From Eledone cirrhosa (Eukaryota), in the NCBI GenBank assembly GCA_964016885.1, contig OZ024740.1:54064001-54128000 (forward strand): a stretch of 64,000 nucleotides of DNA, in the 5' to 3' direction. The translations under genes and the position numbers were made by a program. Below are positions 51,726-64,000 of this stretch, one piece after another. The notes under the pieces are model-generated. The model made no database searches. It worked only from the letters and a program-made list of their open reading frames with translations, and had not been told where the DNA came from. The stretch's first letter is position 1; each line of letters begins with the position of its first letter.

Positions 51726-52705
51726 TTGGGGTGGCAGGCGTTGAGTGCCTTCCACAATACGAACATACTACACTGCCAATACAGAGGAACAAGGTAACAG
51801 CACACGCACACACTCAAGCGAGAGAACAACACATGCACACACACACATAGTAATATTCACCAAACAGGGAGAGAATGGACTGATACCTAGCGCCACCCCA
51901 CTCCCACAATTGAAAGAACTACTTCGGCCGCTGACCTCTGCCTGACCGACCCCATTTCACGCGCACGCGCGCTCTGCTGAATACCTCAGATATTAAAAAC
52001 AACGAATAGCGGAGGACACGTTTCGCACCTTTCCGACAAACAACCTACCCCCCGCCCGGAAAAAAACCCCAGTTGATGGATGTAAATCCGGAATATATAG
52101 GGACAATTAAATCTCTCCCAAGGTAACTCTTTCTCGTGTTGTTATTTTTATTTTTATCCTTTACGCTCTTTGCTTCATTCCTCTACACGTTACAGTCTTA
52201 TACACGCCACGCATCTCAACGTACACCCACTTACATCTCTCTCTCCACCACCCGGTCTTGTTACCCGGAGATTTACCCATCTGCATTGTCGAGGCTTCAA
52301 AACGACTTAAAGAAATTTACCTTATTATTCCACAATGCTTCAAGCAAACTTCAATACTCTCTCATATATATATATATATATATACATATATATGTGTGTG
52401 TGTATAAAGATTTAGAGAAAGAGAGTGAGAGAGTGAGAGTGAGAGAGAGGGCGGGGGTATGCGCGCGCATGTCTCTTTGTATATGTTCGTGCGACATGGA
52501 GAAATAATAAGTCGGCAGAAATGATTTCCCAGACTATGAAAACTGAAATACATAATTGCATTTAATAGCACCAACAGTATTATTAAAATAATAACACCAT
52601 TGTAACAACCGATGCTACCATCACCAGCAATATCGATATCATCATCAATAATACAGAGATCAACACATCATCGAATTTATAATTTATTTAAGAAATTTTC
52701 CTAAT

Positions 52706-52890
52706 ATTGTTTTTACATTTGGCACGAGGCCAGCAATTGTTCCAGTGCATTACTGGTACTTTATTTTTTCGATCCCGTAGGATGAAAGGCAAATTTAACC
52801 TCGGCGGGATTTGAACTCAGAACGTAAAAGGCCTTAACTCTATACTGCAAACGATGGCGTCCGACCCTTTACCGATACTGCCAATTCACT
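52706..52890 (-). mobile_element. tRNA-derived SINE copy
   Basis: Reverse complement of the family consensus. Confidence 0.85.
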
Positions 52891-53188
52891 AGTGCGGCAG
52901 ACAAAATGCTTTACTATTTTTAGTTAAGAATTTCTGCGTTCTGAGCGTAAATACCGCTAAGGTCAACTTTAATATTCATCATCCTGGGTCGATGAAATGA
53001 GGTACTTCTGTGCGTAAATGTGAGTGTGCGTATATTTACATAATCATGCATGCAATCACACATACATACTCGCACACATATATACCCACATACATACATA
53101 CATATATACATACATGATGACTGCCCCCTCGTTATCGCGTATGACCATTATACGATAAACCATTATCAATAATCATTAATTAATTCTA

Positions 53189-53366
53189 TTGGCAGTATCG
53201 GTAGAGGGTCAGACGCCATGCTTTCCAGCATAGTTACATCCCTTTACGATCTGAGTTCAAATCCCGCCGATGTTGACTTTGCCTTTCATCCTTAAGGGGT
53301 CGATAAAATAAAGTACCAGTAATGCACTGGGTAATTGCTGGCCTTGTGCCTAAAGTAGCAAGAATT
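53189..53366 (+). mobile_element. tRNA-derived SINE copy
   Basis: Homology; head-to-head with the 52706-52890 copy, ~300 bp apart. Confidence 0.85.
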
Positions 53367-53677
53367 AATTAATTCTATCGTGCAATGCCTGTGCGTGAAG
53401 ATTTTTCTTTAAAGTGAGGAAAAACTGTGCACTGAGCCAAACCCACTCTCTGAGCGACAGTAGCTATAAACCGAAAAGAAGAAAAGATCAACATCATCGG
53501 TAGCTACTTAACCGCAGATTTTATGTCGGAGTTATCCCAGTTTCCTGAGTTGCTTTCTCCTAGAAGAATGTTCTGACAAAGGCTAAGGGTCCTTCACTCC
53601 AGTGGTTTAACCACGCAATTGGGTATCCAGCCCGAGTATTTCCATACATACATACATATAGCAAATTGATTCTTCTT

Positions 53678-53708
<31 letters not shown>

Positions 53709-53759
53709 TAGGAGGGTCGTAGATTCTAATATTGCAAGCACGCTTTTCAGCGCTTCCTG

Positions 53760-54900
53760 TCAGAAGCAACAGTTTCCAGTTGATCTACAAGCAAGACCTA
53801 TAGAACTCATGGAGTTATCTAAAGATCTTGCTCGTGGTTAACAATGGGTTTGTTATCAGTTGGTTTTGTCCATAAAATCTGTCCAGCACTAATTTCAGAC
53901 ATTCTGACTGCATGTCCGTAGAATCGGAGCTGTGATCCCTCAATTTGGAGAACCTGTAGCTCTATATCGAACGGCTTCTTGATCTCGGAGATACGTACTT
54001 TATCGAGTAATGTAACTCCAAAGATTATTCGGCGGAACCCCATTTCGGACGTTTGAATTTGAGAACATGTGACCATTGCTAAGCGTTGACAAGGGTGCAT
54101 ACTATCACCAAACTGAAGATAGTGAGTCTGGCTTTTACACCTACCTTCTTTTTTCTGATAAGTAAATACTGAAGTTGGCGTATACCACGTTCAGCTTCTG
54201 CCCTTCTTGCACTTGATTCAGATTTCTGTCATCCAACGGTCCCGAGATACTTGAGATTCTCCACATTATTTACTAGAAATTCATTCAGACATGGAGTACT
54301 TTTCGCAGGCTTCCTTGAGATAATGAGTGTCTCAGACTTCGCAGCTCTGATGGTCAATCCAGCCGTGCAGCATTCGGCAGCAAACCTACCAAATACATGT
54401 CGGAGATTAACGATGAGTTAAGTAATACTATGTCGTCTGCAAGCTCCAGCCGAGTGTTTCACACCTGTCAGTCATTTATATCACTTCTAACTCGGCTGCT
54501 AATATCAATCCTGTTCATAAAGATTGTGAATAGGAAGGTGATAGTATGCACCCTTGTCGGCGTACGACACCTATATTGAATGGTTTCGACTTAGCACTAT
54601 TTAGGGCATTCTTATAAATCCGAGGGTATTCTTATATCTTCTGGGCAATATGAACCTGCCCATCAACCCCATGCTCCCGCAGAACCTTCCTCGCCTGGTC
54701 ATATGATACGCAATCGTATGTCTTTTCGAGTTCTACGAAACAAGTATACAACCTTTGCCACATTCCCACCATTTCTGGAAAACCTACCACAGTGTGAATA
54801 TTTGGCTGACTGCGCTGCAACCGGGGCCGAAAGCCGAAAGCCACACTGTTCCACAGCTAGTTTGGACTCGATAATGTCGTGTCCCTACATCTCTTTGCCA
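53760..54900 (-). pseudogene. Degraded RTE-like LINE reverse transcriptase
   Basis: GFRP, CFVELEKTYDCV, LADDIVL, ENLKYLG, RRIIFGVTLLDKVR...QLRFYGHAVRM spread over several frames. Confidence 0.8.
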
Positions 54901-55679
54901 GTCACTTACCATGGACTTACATCAGGTGTTGTTGTGACCGGCATTAAGATAGCAAATTATTATTAAATGAGAGGAATCTCAGACCCGTTCCTGATAGCAT
55001 GTATTGTGGGAGGCCTTTTACTACGAAGTCGATGGATGGTTTGCCTGAATATATTATTTGCTGATTTAAAGTCGGTTTCCAGATTAACCCCAAAACCCTC
55101 GCGTGTCTCTGATTGGACCCTTCAAGTCAGTTTGTACCGCTAGTTAACGAATGAGGACTTATTGTCAAGCCAAGCATTGAATGCATCCTTCTTTGTTTGA
55201 ATCTTTAACACCATGATTGAATCTTGGGGTCCTCCTGACAACCATAATTTAACAGTTAGTTAACATATGTATTATTAATGTGTATTGAAGTAATAATTTT
55301 AGAATATGGGATAGAATAAATTACTCATTTCCATTGTCAAAATGACGCAATTCCATTGTTAAAAAACCCGGAATTTGTAACCCTTTCAATACCTGAAGAT
55401 GTACATATACCACTATTAATATTATCTAATAATGTTTTTTACTTGGGAATAAAGTGAAAGATTCATAGACGTTAGCAATCTAGCCAAAATTATTAAAGAA
55501 AATATATTTTCATGCACATGAGTTATACAGACAATAGTATCAGACTGTTATAAAGTTATAAAAACAGAGCGTTTAACATACCTTAAAGCATATATTTACA
55601 GCTCTCTATGTTATGAATTTAAATCTCCCAGATATCGTATTTGCCTTGGTCGACAATCACCGCCAGGTGCAGGTGACCA

Positions 55680-56915
55680 CGAAAGAGGATGTTTGCATCC
55701 TCGGGTCACCGATTCTCCGCCAGCCATACGCTGCTCCACCTGCAGGTCCAGGCTCCAGCAGCTCACGACCATCACGATCAGATTGATGCCCATCCAGCAC
55801 TCTTCCTGTTAAGGAAATGCTTCGCCAATTCGAAGCTCCTCTACGAAATTCGTAGCGCTCCTTGCTACAGCCACGCATCTCTCCCCCCTGACCTCAACAC
55901 TTGTATCCGATCGGCAGCTGTGGAGATAGGCAACAACAGGTTTGACGACTTTGGATGGCAACAGGCGACCTTACCTGTAAGAAATGGTGGCCTTGGTCTC
56001 TGGTCTCGCCGAAAACGACAGCAAGTTTTTTGTCGGTAACCTCTTGCAAAATCCTCATTAACAGGGTTCTCCACAACAGAACGGAACCCAGTATAATCGA
56101 GGATCATAAGGCCGCCTGCGAGACTTGGACCTTGCTAGGACTTCGACCAGTAGACATTCCTTCTCCTCTTCCCCTGTCAAGTCAAATCTCCTCAGAGCAC
56201 ATGGGAAGCCATCCAGCGTAACCTTGCCTCGGACCAGCTAGCGCTCCTACTCAACCAGAACTGCCTCACTTGTTTTCGCCAGGGCTCCCAATCCCACAGA
56301 GATGCCTGGATCAATGCTTGCTTTACCCTTCTTTTCAACAGGCAGGCAACTGGATAATGATAGCTTGCGAATCAGGTTTCTCTTAGGCTCGGCCAGTTAA
56401 ATCCAGCGTAGACACTTTCGGCCTCTACCCGTTGATGTGTCACTAGAGTGCCGGCCGCCTTCCACACCAAGCTGCTCTCAACAAAGCCATAAAGCATGGC
56501 TTTAATACAGCAAGCTTCAGGCCCAGCTCGAGCCGGCTGTGCTGGACAGAGGAGAAGAAAAAAGGCCAGATGGCTTGACCATCTTCCCATTGCGCGGTGG
56601 TAAACCCTCATCTGGGATGCCACATGTAACGACACATTCACCAACGGCATCCTGGTGCAGTTTGCGACTAACCCAGGCTCTGCTGCATTTCGGGCCGAGG
56701 AGGGCAAACACGCCAAACATCGGTCGCTCTCCGACATGTGTGTGATCGAGTTCGTAACAGTTGAAACATCTGTTGTCCTTGACACTAGGGCTACCTCGCT
56801 ACAAACCATAATCAGCATACAGTTGGCTACTCACCTTGTGAGCTGAAATAGCTCTTCCAGCGCGTCTCCCTCAAAATCCTCTGGGGAAATACCTTCTTTA
56901 TTCTGCCCGCCGTGA
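55680..56915 (+). pseudogene. Degraded CRE-clade-like LINE 3' part with a restriction-like endonuclease
   Basis: ALFLLRKCF..SKLLYEIRSAP, WQQATLPVRNGGLG, KRPDGLTIFP...WDATC.DT, AEEGKHAKH, VTVET. Confidence 0.7.
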
Positions 56916-57227
56916 TCGCGGGTTGCCAGCGCGTGGGTCCCCATTAGCTCATAAATGTGAGAGATGGAGAGAGCGGGGGTTGGGGTGGGGAGGCAGCGAC
57001 AGTGGGAGTTTGGTACCTTTGTGTTCAGACCTGGTGCCTATGTATAGGTTTCACGGACTCACACTCACACTGAGGCATCAATTAGACACAACCCACAAGC
57101 AACTTAAACGTTAAATACTTTTGGCTCTGTCAGTTATAAACCAGTTAATAATGATTAAAAATAATGATGGTGATGATGATGATATAAATAATAATTATGA
57201 CAATGTTGACGATAGTGTTGATAATAA

Positions 57228-57615
57228 TTGTTTCTATTTTGGGCACAAGGCCATCAATTATCCCAGTGCATTACTGGTACTTTATTTTATTGACCCCGTA
57301 AGGATGAAAGGCAAAGTTAACCTCGGCGGGATTAGAACTCAGACCGTAAAGGGGTGTAACTCTATGATGCAAACCATGGCGTCCGACCCTCTACCGTAGT
57401 GTTGATAATATTAATAATGATTTCTAGTATAGGCACAAGGCCATTGATTTGGGGTGGAGGGGAAATCGATTAAATCGACTCCAGTACGTTACTGGTGCTT
57501 TATTTTATCGACCCAGTAAGGACGAAAGGCAAAGTTAACCTCGGCGGGATTTAAAATGAGACCGTAAAGGGGCGTAACTCTATGCTGCAAAGTATGGCGA
57601 ACAACCCTCTACCAT
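57228..57615 (-). mobile_element. Two adjacent SINE copies (the second has a longer gtcgatttaatcga tail variant)
   Basis: 57228-57398 and 57420-57615 match the reverse complement of the consensus. Confidence 0.8.
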
Positions 57616-59724
57616 AGTGTTGATAATAATAATATGTAATATTCCAGATATGTCTTTGAATCATTTTAATTGAGTTTCTCCTCAACTCTCAAATTGTTCA
57701 CCATGTGCCTCCATTATTATTATTTTAAATAATGATAACTGCCTAATGGTAAATATCTTGAGTTTTGGGGAACATACATAATATAATGTTTCCACTTTTA
57801 AGAGTGTAGCGTATGGTTTAAAGATTTAACTGATTTTTTTGGGACGTCGAGCAACCATGTAGGAATTTACTATTTTATTCGAATAATTTGTATTGTAAAT
57901 AAGAGTTGTTAACTGTCTCAGCTATTCAGCTGTCAATTGTGTACCTGCTATATAACAAATAACATTTTTGATGAATTTTAATACATTTTATGAATATTCA
58001 TCAACCTATATCATGACTTAACTTCACTAACGAAGATTTATGAAGGAGGTTGCCCACGTCCATTGCAGTCGCTAGTGTCTGACAAACTAATATAGGAGAA
58101 GCAGATTTAACCACACTGACTGCAAGGAAAACATATTTCTCCGTACAGTATTTAAGTGTCACGTTCGTTTCCCCGATTCTTTTTGTCCTCAATATCTGTC
58201 ATGCGTCCTATATCGAAGGAGGAAATAGACTGGTACTTTGTATGCAGCCAGATCACGTGATAAGATGCCAGAAACCACTGTCGACGGTCATTGTGATATA
58301 CATGTAGGTATTTCTTCAGAGAGTCTTCGTACATTTTCTCCGGTGCCTGTTATGTAGAAAACATATAGCTGTGATTACAACACTATCACTATGCATGACC
58401 ATCGCTTACGTATTATAGGGGTATTATAACAAATCTCTAACGCGGTCTAAAGTAGGCCGACATTCCAGTAGTATTTGTTCATGATTCAAGGATACCAAGC
58501 ATCATATCTGAACAGACACCGAGTTTGAACTAGTGATGTTTTCACTACTTTCAAATGCCCTGAAGATAGGGTCATGTGAATACGCAGATTCTGAAAAAAA
58601 AAAAAAAAAAGATTCTTCAGTAGCATGGTGTTATCTGCAATCATATAAGAGTAGACAGTAAATTATATCTTTTAGCGAAATCTCTTCAATGAAGTATGCA
58701 AAGCATAATTATACATGAATATACACGAACAACCAAGGTGTACTGCTGTTTGTTCTGCGCTAATAACTCTACATTATTTTAAGTGCCTCTAAACGTTTTC
58801 CGATTCTGTATAGCGCATGTTTCATAATATCACCTTGGTCACATCTACATTAGTGGCATAGAAATAAAGGTCCAAAACAAATATCGCATTTAAGTAAATT
58901 ACACCCTTTTTTCTGTGAGTGTTGTGTATTATTTCTCATCAGAAGATGAATTCTCAAATTAAATTTCGATAGAAAAGTTAATGGGAAAAAATTGGATGAA
59001 AGTAGTGTTTTGGATTCTGCTACGTAAATTGATACGGATGCGATGTTAGCTTGACGTCATTTCTTGTGATCTGTACACTATTATAGTAACAGAGAAAGAT
59101 ATTGGACAAAGTGGAATTTGTTATGAAAAACTAATGACAGCATACAGGAAGCGTTAGGAGAGCAGAGAAATAACGATAATTACTGTATCACTTTGAACCG
59201 AGCAGCCATCAAACAGTGCTGTAGGAAAGTAGTTTCATTCAGTAGCGTATTTCAACGCCATTTTTTCTTGGTTATAGCGATATAATAACTTGTACAAAAC
59301 AAGCAGAAAATCTATTATATATAAAGTTCTTTCGTTAACTTCAGGCCGTAGAATTGCCTTAAACAAGAAATATCGTGATGGGAGGTTAATTTCTATGTTC
59401 CTGTAATTTGACCTTAGAGTTTTACTCTTAGACACAAATACAAAATTTGATGCAGACGGTTACAATTTTCTAATAGGAACGTTCTTAGAAAGATTCAAAC
59501 ATTGGGTTATATCCCGTAGGGGATTTATTTCTCTGGCATGTTTCCTTCAATGATATTAATTGCTACCGATATTGTTTAAAATGCTTTTCTCTTAATTTGC
59601 TGTATTTTGATACAAAATATAACGACTATTATAATTTGAAATATGAATCAAAATTTTAAAGTTATCGCTAAAATTTAATATACAAATATCTCTCACTCAC
59701 TCTCTCTCTTTCTCTCACTCTCTT

Positions 59725-59755
<31 letters not shown>

Positions 59756-59899
59756 ATGTGTGTGTGTTTGTGTGTGCATATGTGCGTGCGTCTGTGTTCG
59801 TGTGTGCGTGTGCGTGTGTGTATGTTTATTAAATATATTTAATTTCTTGAAATATATTAAAACACTCCCACATCTAACTTCATACACACACACACACAC

Positions 59900-59978
<79 letters not shown>

Positions 59979-60052
59979 CATATATATGTATATATCTATG
60001 TGAATATATATAAATACATATGATATGTGTGTATATATATATATAAATATAT

Positions 60053-60143
<91 letters not shown>

Positions 60144-61021
60144 TATATATGCGGGTAAAAAGGCCGAAATAATTGCGAAGGTTTTTATGCATTTACCATT
60201 TTATCGACTTACATCTTTGTTTTGGTCGGTTGAGTTATTTTGGTTGGTCGAGCGAGATGTTTCTATTTTTAGACTCCTCCCGTCAAACTACCCAAATAGT
60301 TGTCATGATACTACAAAAACCTTCTACTAGCAGTTCCCTAGTAGAACACGAGGGTGAAGCCAACATGGCTTTGCCGCGATCTATTATGACATAATTTTCG
60401 GCTATTAGTAGCGTGGGGGGGGGGGTCTACCGGTGATACCCTAAGTCATAATTTGCTGATTATCAATTTCTAATACTTGTAATTAGCACGGTTACCACGG
60501 GTCGAAACCGTTCATAGTCCTGGCCCTGAAATATGAGTCGAAGTTTAAATTTTCTTGGTTAAATTCTTATAAACCTTAGATTTCATTGATTTTTATCTGA
60601 CTTGACATGTTCTATTCGGGTATTGTTGCACCACGAACATATTGTTTATGGATTTGCTCTAGGATAAGAATATTTTGTACCCTTTATCATTAACAGCTCT
60701 GCAGTCACGGAGCTCGAAATAATTGCCAAGGCTTCTAATATATTTAGGAATGTGTCGATCTAAATCCATATTACACACACACACAAATACACACACAAGC
60801 ACATGCAAACAAACGCAGACATACATATACAGGCAGCACACACACACACACACATATATATATTTCTTGTGATCACAAAAAAGCTCCGTTTATTCCACTA
60901 TCTAACATATTGTGTCCATTATGATATGCAAATTTGTATTTACAACATACGATTTTAATAAAATCATGTAGTCAGTGGTATCGGCTATCTTGGCCGAAAT
61001 CCAACTGCCTAGCTCATTAAA

Positions 61022-61063
<42 letters not shown>

Positions 61064-61175
61064 TATATATAAAGCGATGAAATACCAATGAAGGTTGGAA
61101 AATCACTGATGAAGGACTAATTTTATTCATATGTAACCCATGTGCAACCACACAGCACCCCATTCTTCTCATATT

Positions 61176-61259
<84 letters not shown>

Positions 61260-61280
61260 CATACATATACATATATATAT

Positions 61281-64000
61281 TAGAATGTGAAGTTTTTTTT
61301 ACAAAATGAAAAATAACTGAGGTGTCCTACACGAGTGAAAGTATAAAGAAAAAAAGATGAAATCGAAAATGCAACTAGAATCTTATTTAAAAAAAATATA
61401 TATATATATTTATTTGGTACCTTTACCGGTTTCGCAGTTCTTCTGCTTTTCAAAAGTAGAGTTGAGATGGAGGGTCTGTGGTTTTTCTCACATCTGGTTG
61501 GTCTTTGAATGTTACTTGTTTTATATGGAAAAAAGTGGCTCGAAGCGCCAGGTTTTAGAGAAGTAATTTGATTGGTTGGTCAATAATTATAATAAATTTC
61601 GTGCCAGTTCGCATTAGAAAGTTCTTCAAACAAGGGGGGGGGGGGGATCAGGTTGTTTTTTTTCATAGATGAGTATTTGAATTTCTTATTACTTAAAAAA
61701 AGGGGCTCACGAAGGCTTTTTTTTAATAAACGAAATTTGATTGGTTATAAATTAAATTATGGTTGTCACGTGAACAAATTTTCATTAAATTTCGCGCCCG
61801 TATTTGGATATTTATTCTGTAGCCTTTTTAGAGAATTTTATGACGAGCAAAAGATAATGGTCAAGAGAAATGGGATGGGAGAATTGTTCTGGTTTAGTGA
61901 ATATGGTTAGTTCACTGGGGTGACAGAATTCAGATTTTCGCTTGAAATAAAGAGAGTAAAGATATGTATGGTTATTTGTGTGCTTGTGTGTGTGTGTGTA
62001 TAGGAAGATGATTCTATTAGTAGAACTGGGGGAGGGAGTTGTGTGTGTGTATATATGGGTACTATGTGTGTGTGTGTGTGGGAGTATGTTAAGATGGAGA
62101 GAATATATATATTTTGTGTGTGTGTATATATGTGTGTAGAAAAGTGATTTTATTAGTAGAAATGGGGGAGGGAGCTGTGTGTGAGTGGGGGGGGGGTGTT
62201 ATGTGTGTGTATGGGTGTTATGTGTGTGGGAGAATGGTTAGCATGTTAAGATGAAGAGAATATATATATTGTGTGTGTGTGTGTAGGAAAATGATTCCGT
62301 TAGTAGGAATATTTATGAATGAATATATTTTCCTTACTTATTCGTATTTGTTCTGTTGTATTGTCAGCGCAAATGTATGTTAAGGTTTATTTAGTTCGGG
62401 TTTTTATTTTCTAAAGTAGCAGGTATTATGTGTGTGTGTATGTGTGTCTCTTTGGATGGTTAGCATGTTATGGTGTTGACATAATGTATATTAAACCATA
62501 TTTAATGCTGGTTTATATTGTTGAATAAACATATTTTCCTTATTTATTCGTATTTCTTCTTTTGTATTGTCAGCGCAAAGGTAAAATGGGAAGACTTGGA
62601 ATTTGGGTGTCTTATTACTTGCGCATATGTCTAGATATGCGCTTAGTGGTATCTGTCTCGTGGTTGGATCTCGTAATTGTTGGCGATGAACTGTCATTCT
62701 GTTTTTGAGTGTGAGTTTAGTTTGTCCTATATAATCTTCATTGCATCCTTTACATTTAATGGCATAAATTAGATTTTTTGATGAGCAAGTGAAGTGATTT
62801 TTAACAGCAAAATTTTGTCCTGATTTAAATGTATACGTGTTGCCTTCAATGAGGTGAGTGCAGGTTCAACAATTAGAGCGACCACATTTTTTGACAGTTG
62901 GTTGTGGGTTTGTGGTAGGTAATTTGGCATTGGTGAGTAATGTTTTCAGTGATTTCGGTTGTCTTTTGCTTTTGATTATTTTGTGTGTTTCAAGGGCTTT
63001 TTTCATTCTTGGGTCTTGTTTTAGTAGTGGGATGTTCTTCTGAATAGTGTTGTAAGCTTGCGCATTTCTTGGGTTGTGTGTTGAGATATATGATAGAATA
63101 TTGGACGTATCTTGAATTTATTTCTGTTTTCGTAATTCATCAATGTCTATTGCATTAGCCCTTTCTATTCCATTATTTATTAGTAATGGTGGGTCCTCTC
63201 ATTCGAGTATAATTTCCTTTAATTCTTGAAGTCTTTTATTTCGCGTTTCATAATTGGAGACAATTGTGCAAATTCTTCTTGCTAGGTTAAAAGGAATGTT
63301 CGTCTTCGTGTGCTTTGGATGGTTGGAGGTGAATAGCAGGTATTGTTTGGAATCTGTTGGTATGTAGTGTATGTCAGTTTCAATATTTGTGTCTTTTTTA
63401 AGATTAAGATGTCCAGAAATGGGAGTTGATCTTAGCTGTATTCCACTGTGAATTGGATGTGGTTATTGATGCCGTTTATTAAGTTTTTGAAATCCTTCAG
63501 TTGGTCGAGTGTGTGGGACCAAAGAATGAGACAATAATCCAAGTAGCGTTTCCAATTCTCTGATAAATATTTGTGGAAGTTCAATCCGTATTTTGATTTG
63601 GACTGTTCATATATCTGGACTTCTAAGTATGCCATGACTTAGTTGGCGTAAGTCGGAGCGGCTTTTGTACCCATCGCAGTCCCCGATATTTGCTTGTAAG
63701 TACTGCCATCGAAATCAAAAAAGTTGTTCTGTATGATCAATTTTAATCCCTCTGTGATGAAGCTTTTTTCTATTCTCCCAGGTATCTCATTGGGATATTT
63801 CTCTAGCCAGAATCCTATTGTTTCTTGTCCGTATTGGTGTGGGATCGTTGTGTAGAGATTCACTACATCGAAAGACACAATAATAGTGTCGCTGTTGACA
63901 TGTTTGGGGAGGTGGTTTAATAGGTCTAGATCGTCTCATACAAGGTTTGGTATGTGTTTGAGAATTGGTTTTAGTAGTATGTCTATAAAGTTGCTCAGTC
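61281..64000 (-). mobile_element. Neptune-like PLE (RT, Cys-rich linker, GIY-YIG, long 3' UTR), degraded; runs off the window
   Basis: SFDVVNLYTTIP, YKQISGTAMGTKAAPTYAN, WKRYLDY, IQFTVE, FTCSSKNLIYAIKCKGCNEDYIGQT...NRMTVH; 3' end abuts (TA)n. Confidence 0.88.

Larger units (their letters stand above)
48747..52363 (-). mobile_element. Rearranged PLE (Penelope/Poseidon-like): partial tandem on the minus strand plus an inverted pLTR arm
   Basis: Three copies of a ~250-bp terminal segment (48747-48995 minus, 50138-50385 minus, 52065-52311 plus); 51745-52363 is the inverse of ~50086-50700. Confidence 0.85.

Noticed and set aside
61071-61172. CTGATGA in a short TA-flanked block
   Set aside because: No downstream GAAA or stem III; too short to assign.

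Overview
AT-rich, microsatellite-dense eukaryotic DNA. The tRNA-derived SINE and the repeat landscape suggest an octopus/cephalopod genome (inference). I could not support any host protein-coding gene; most short ORFs in the track are (TA)n/(CA)n artefacts. The window holds a near-intact Tx1/L1-clade LINE inserted in a (TATC)n tract (one in-frame stop in ORF2). It also holds an 8.6-kb head-to-head palindrome of two Naiad-type Penelope-like elements (PLEs), other PLE relics, RTE and CRE LINE fragments, a non-autonomous Helitron, two MITEs and about 12 SINE copies. The main unexplained signal is a recurrent architecture: about a dozen insertions from roughly ten unrelated sequence families sit in (TA)n tracts as fold-backs with both element 3' ends facing outward. 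One arm runs to the element end and the other stops at an internal ATAT/TATA-like microhomology. Most carry whole or half type-I hammerhead ribozyme motifs. This points to a (TA)n-targeted twin-priming PLE/retrozyme-like system, with nested and inter-family chimeric products. Coordinates of repeat ends are approximate.
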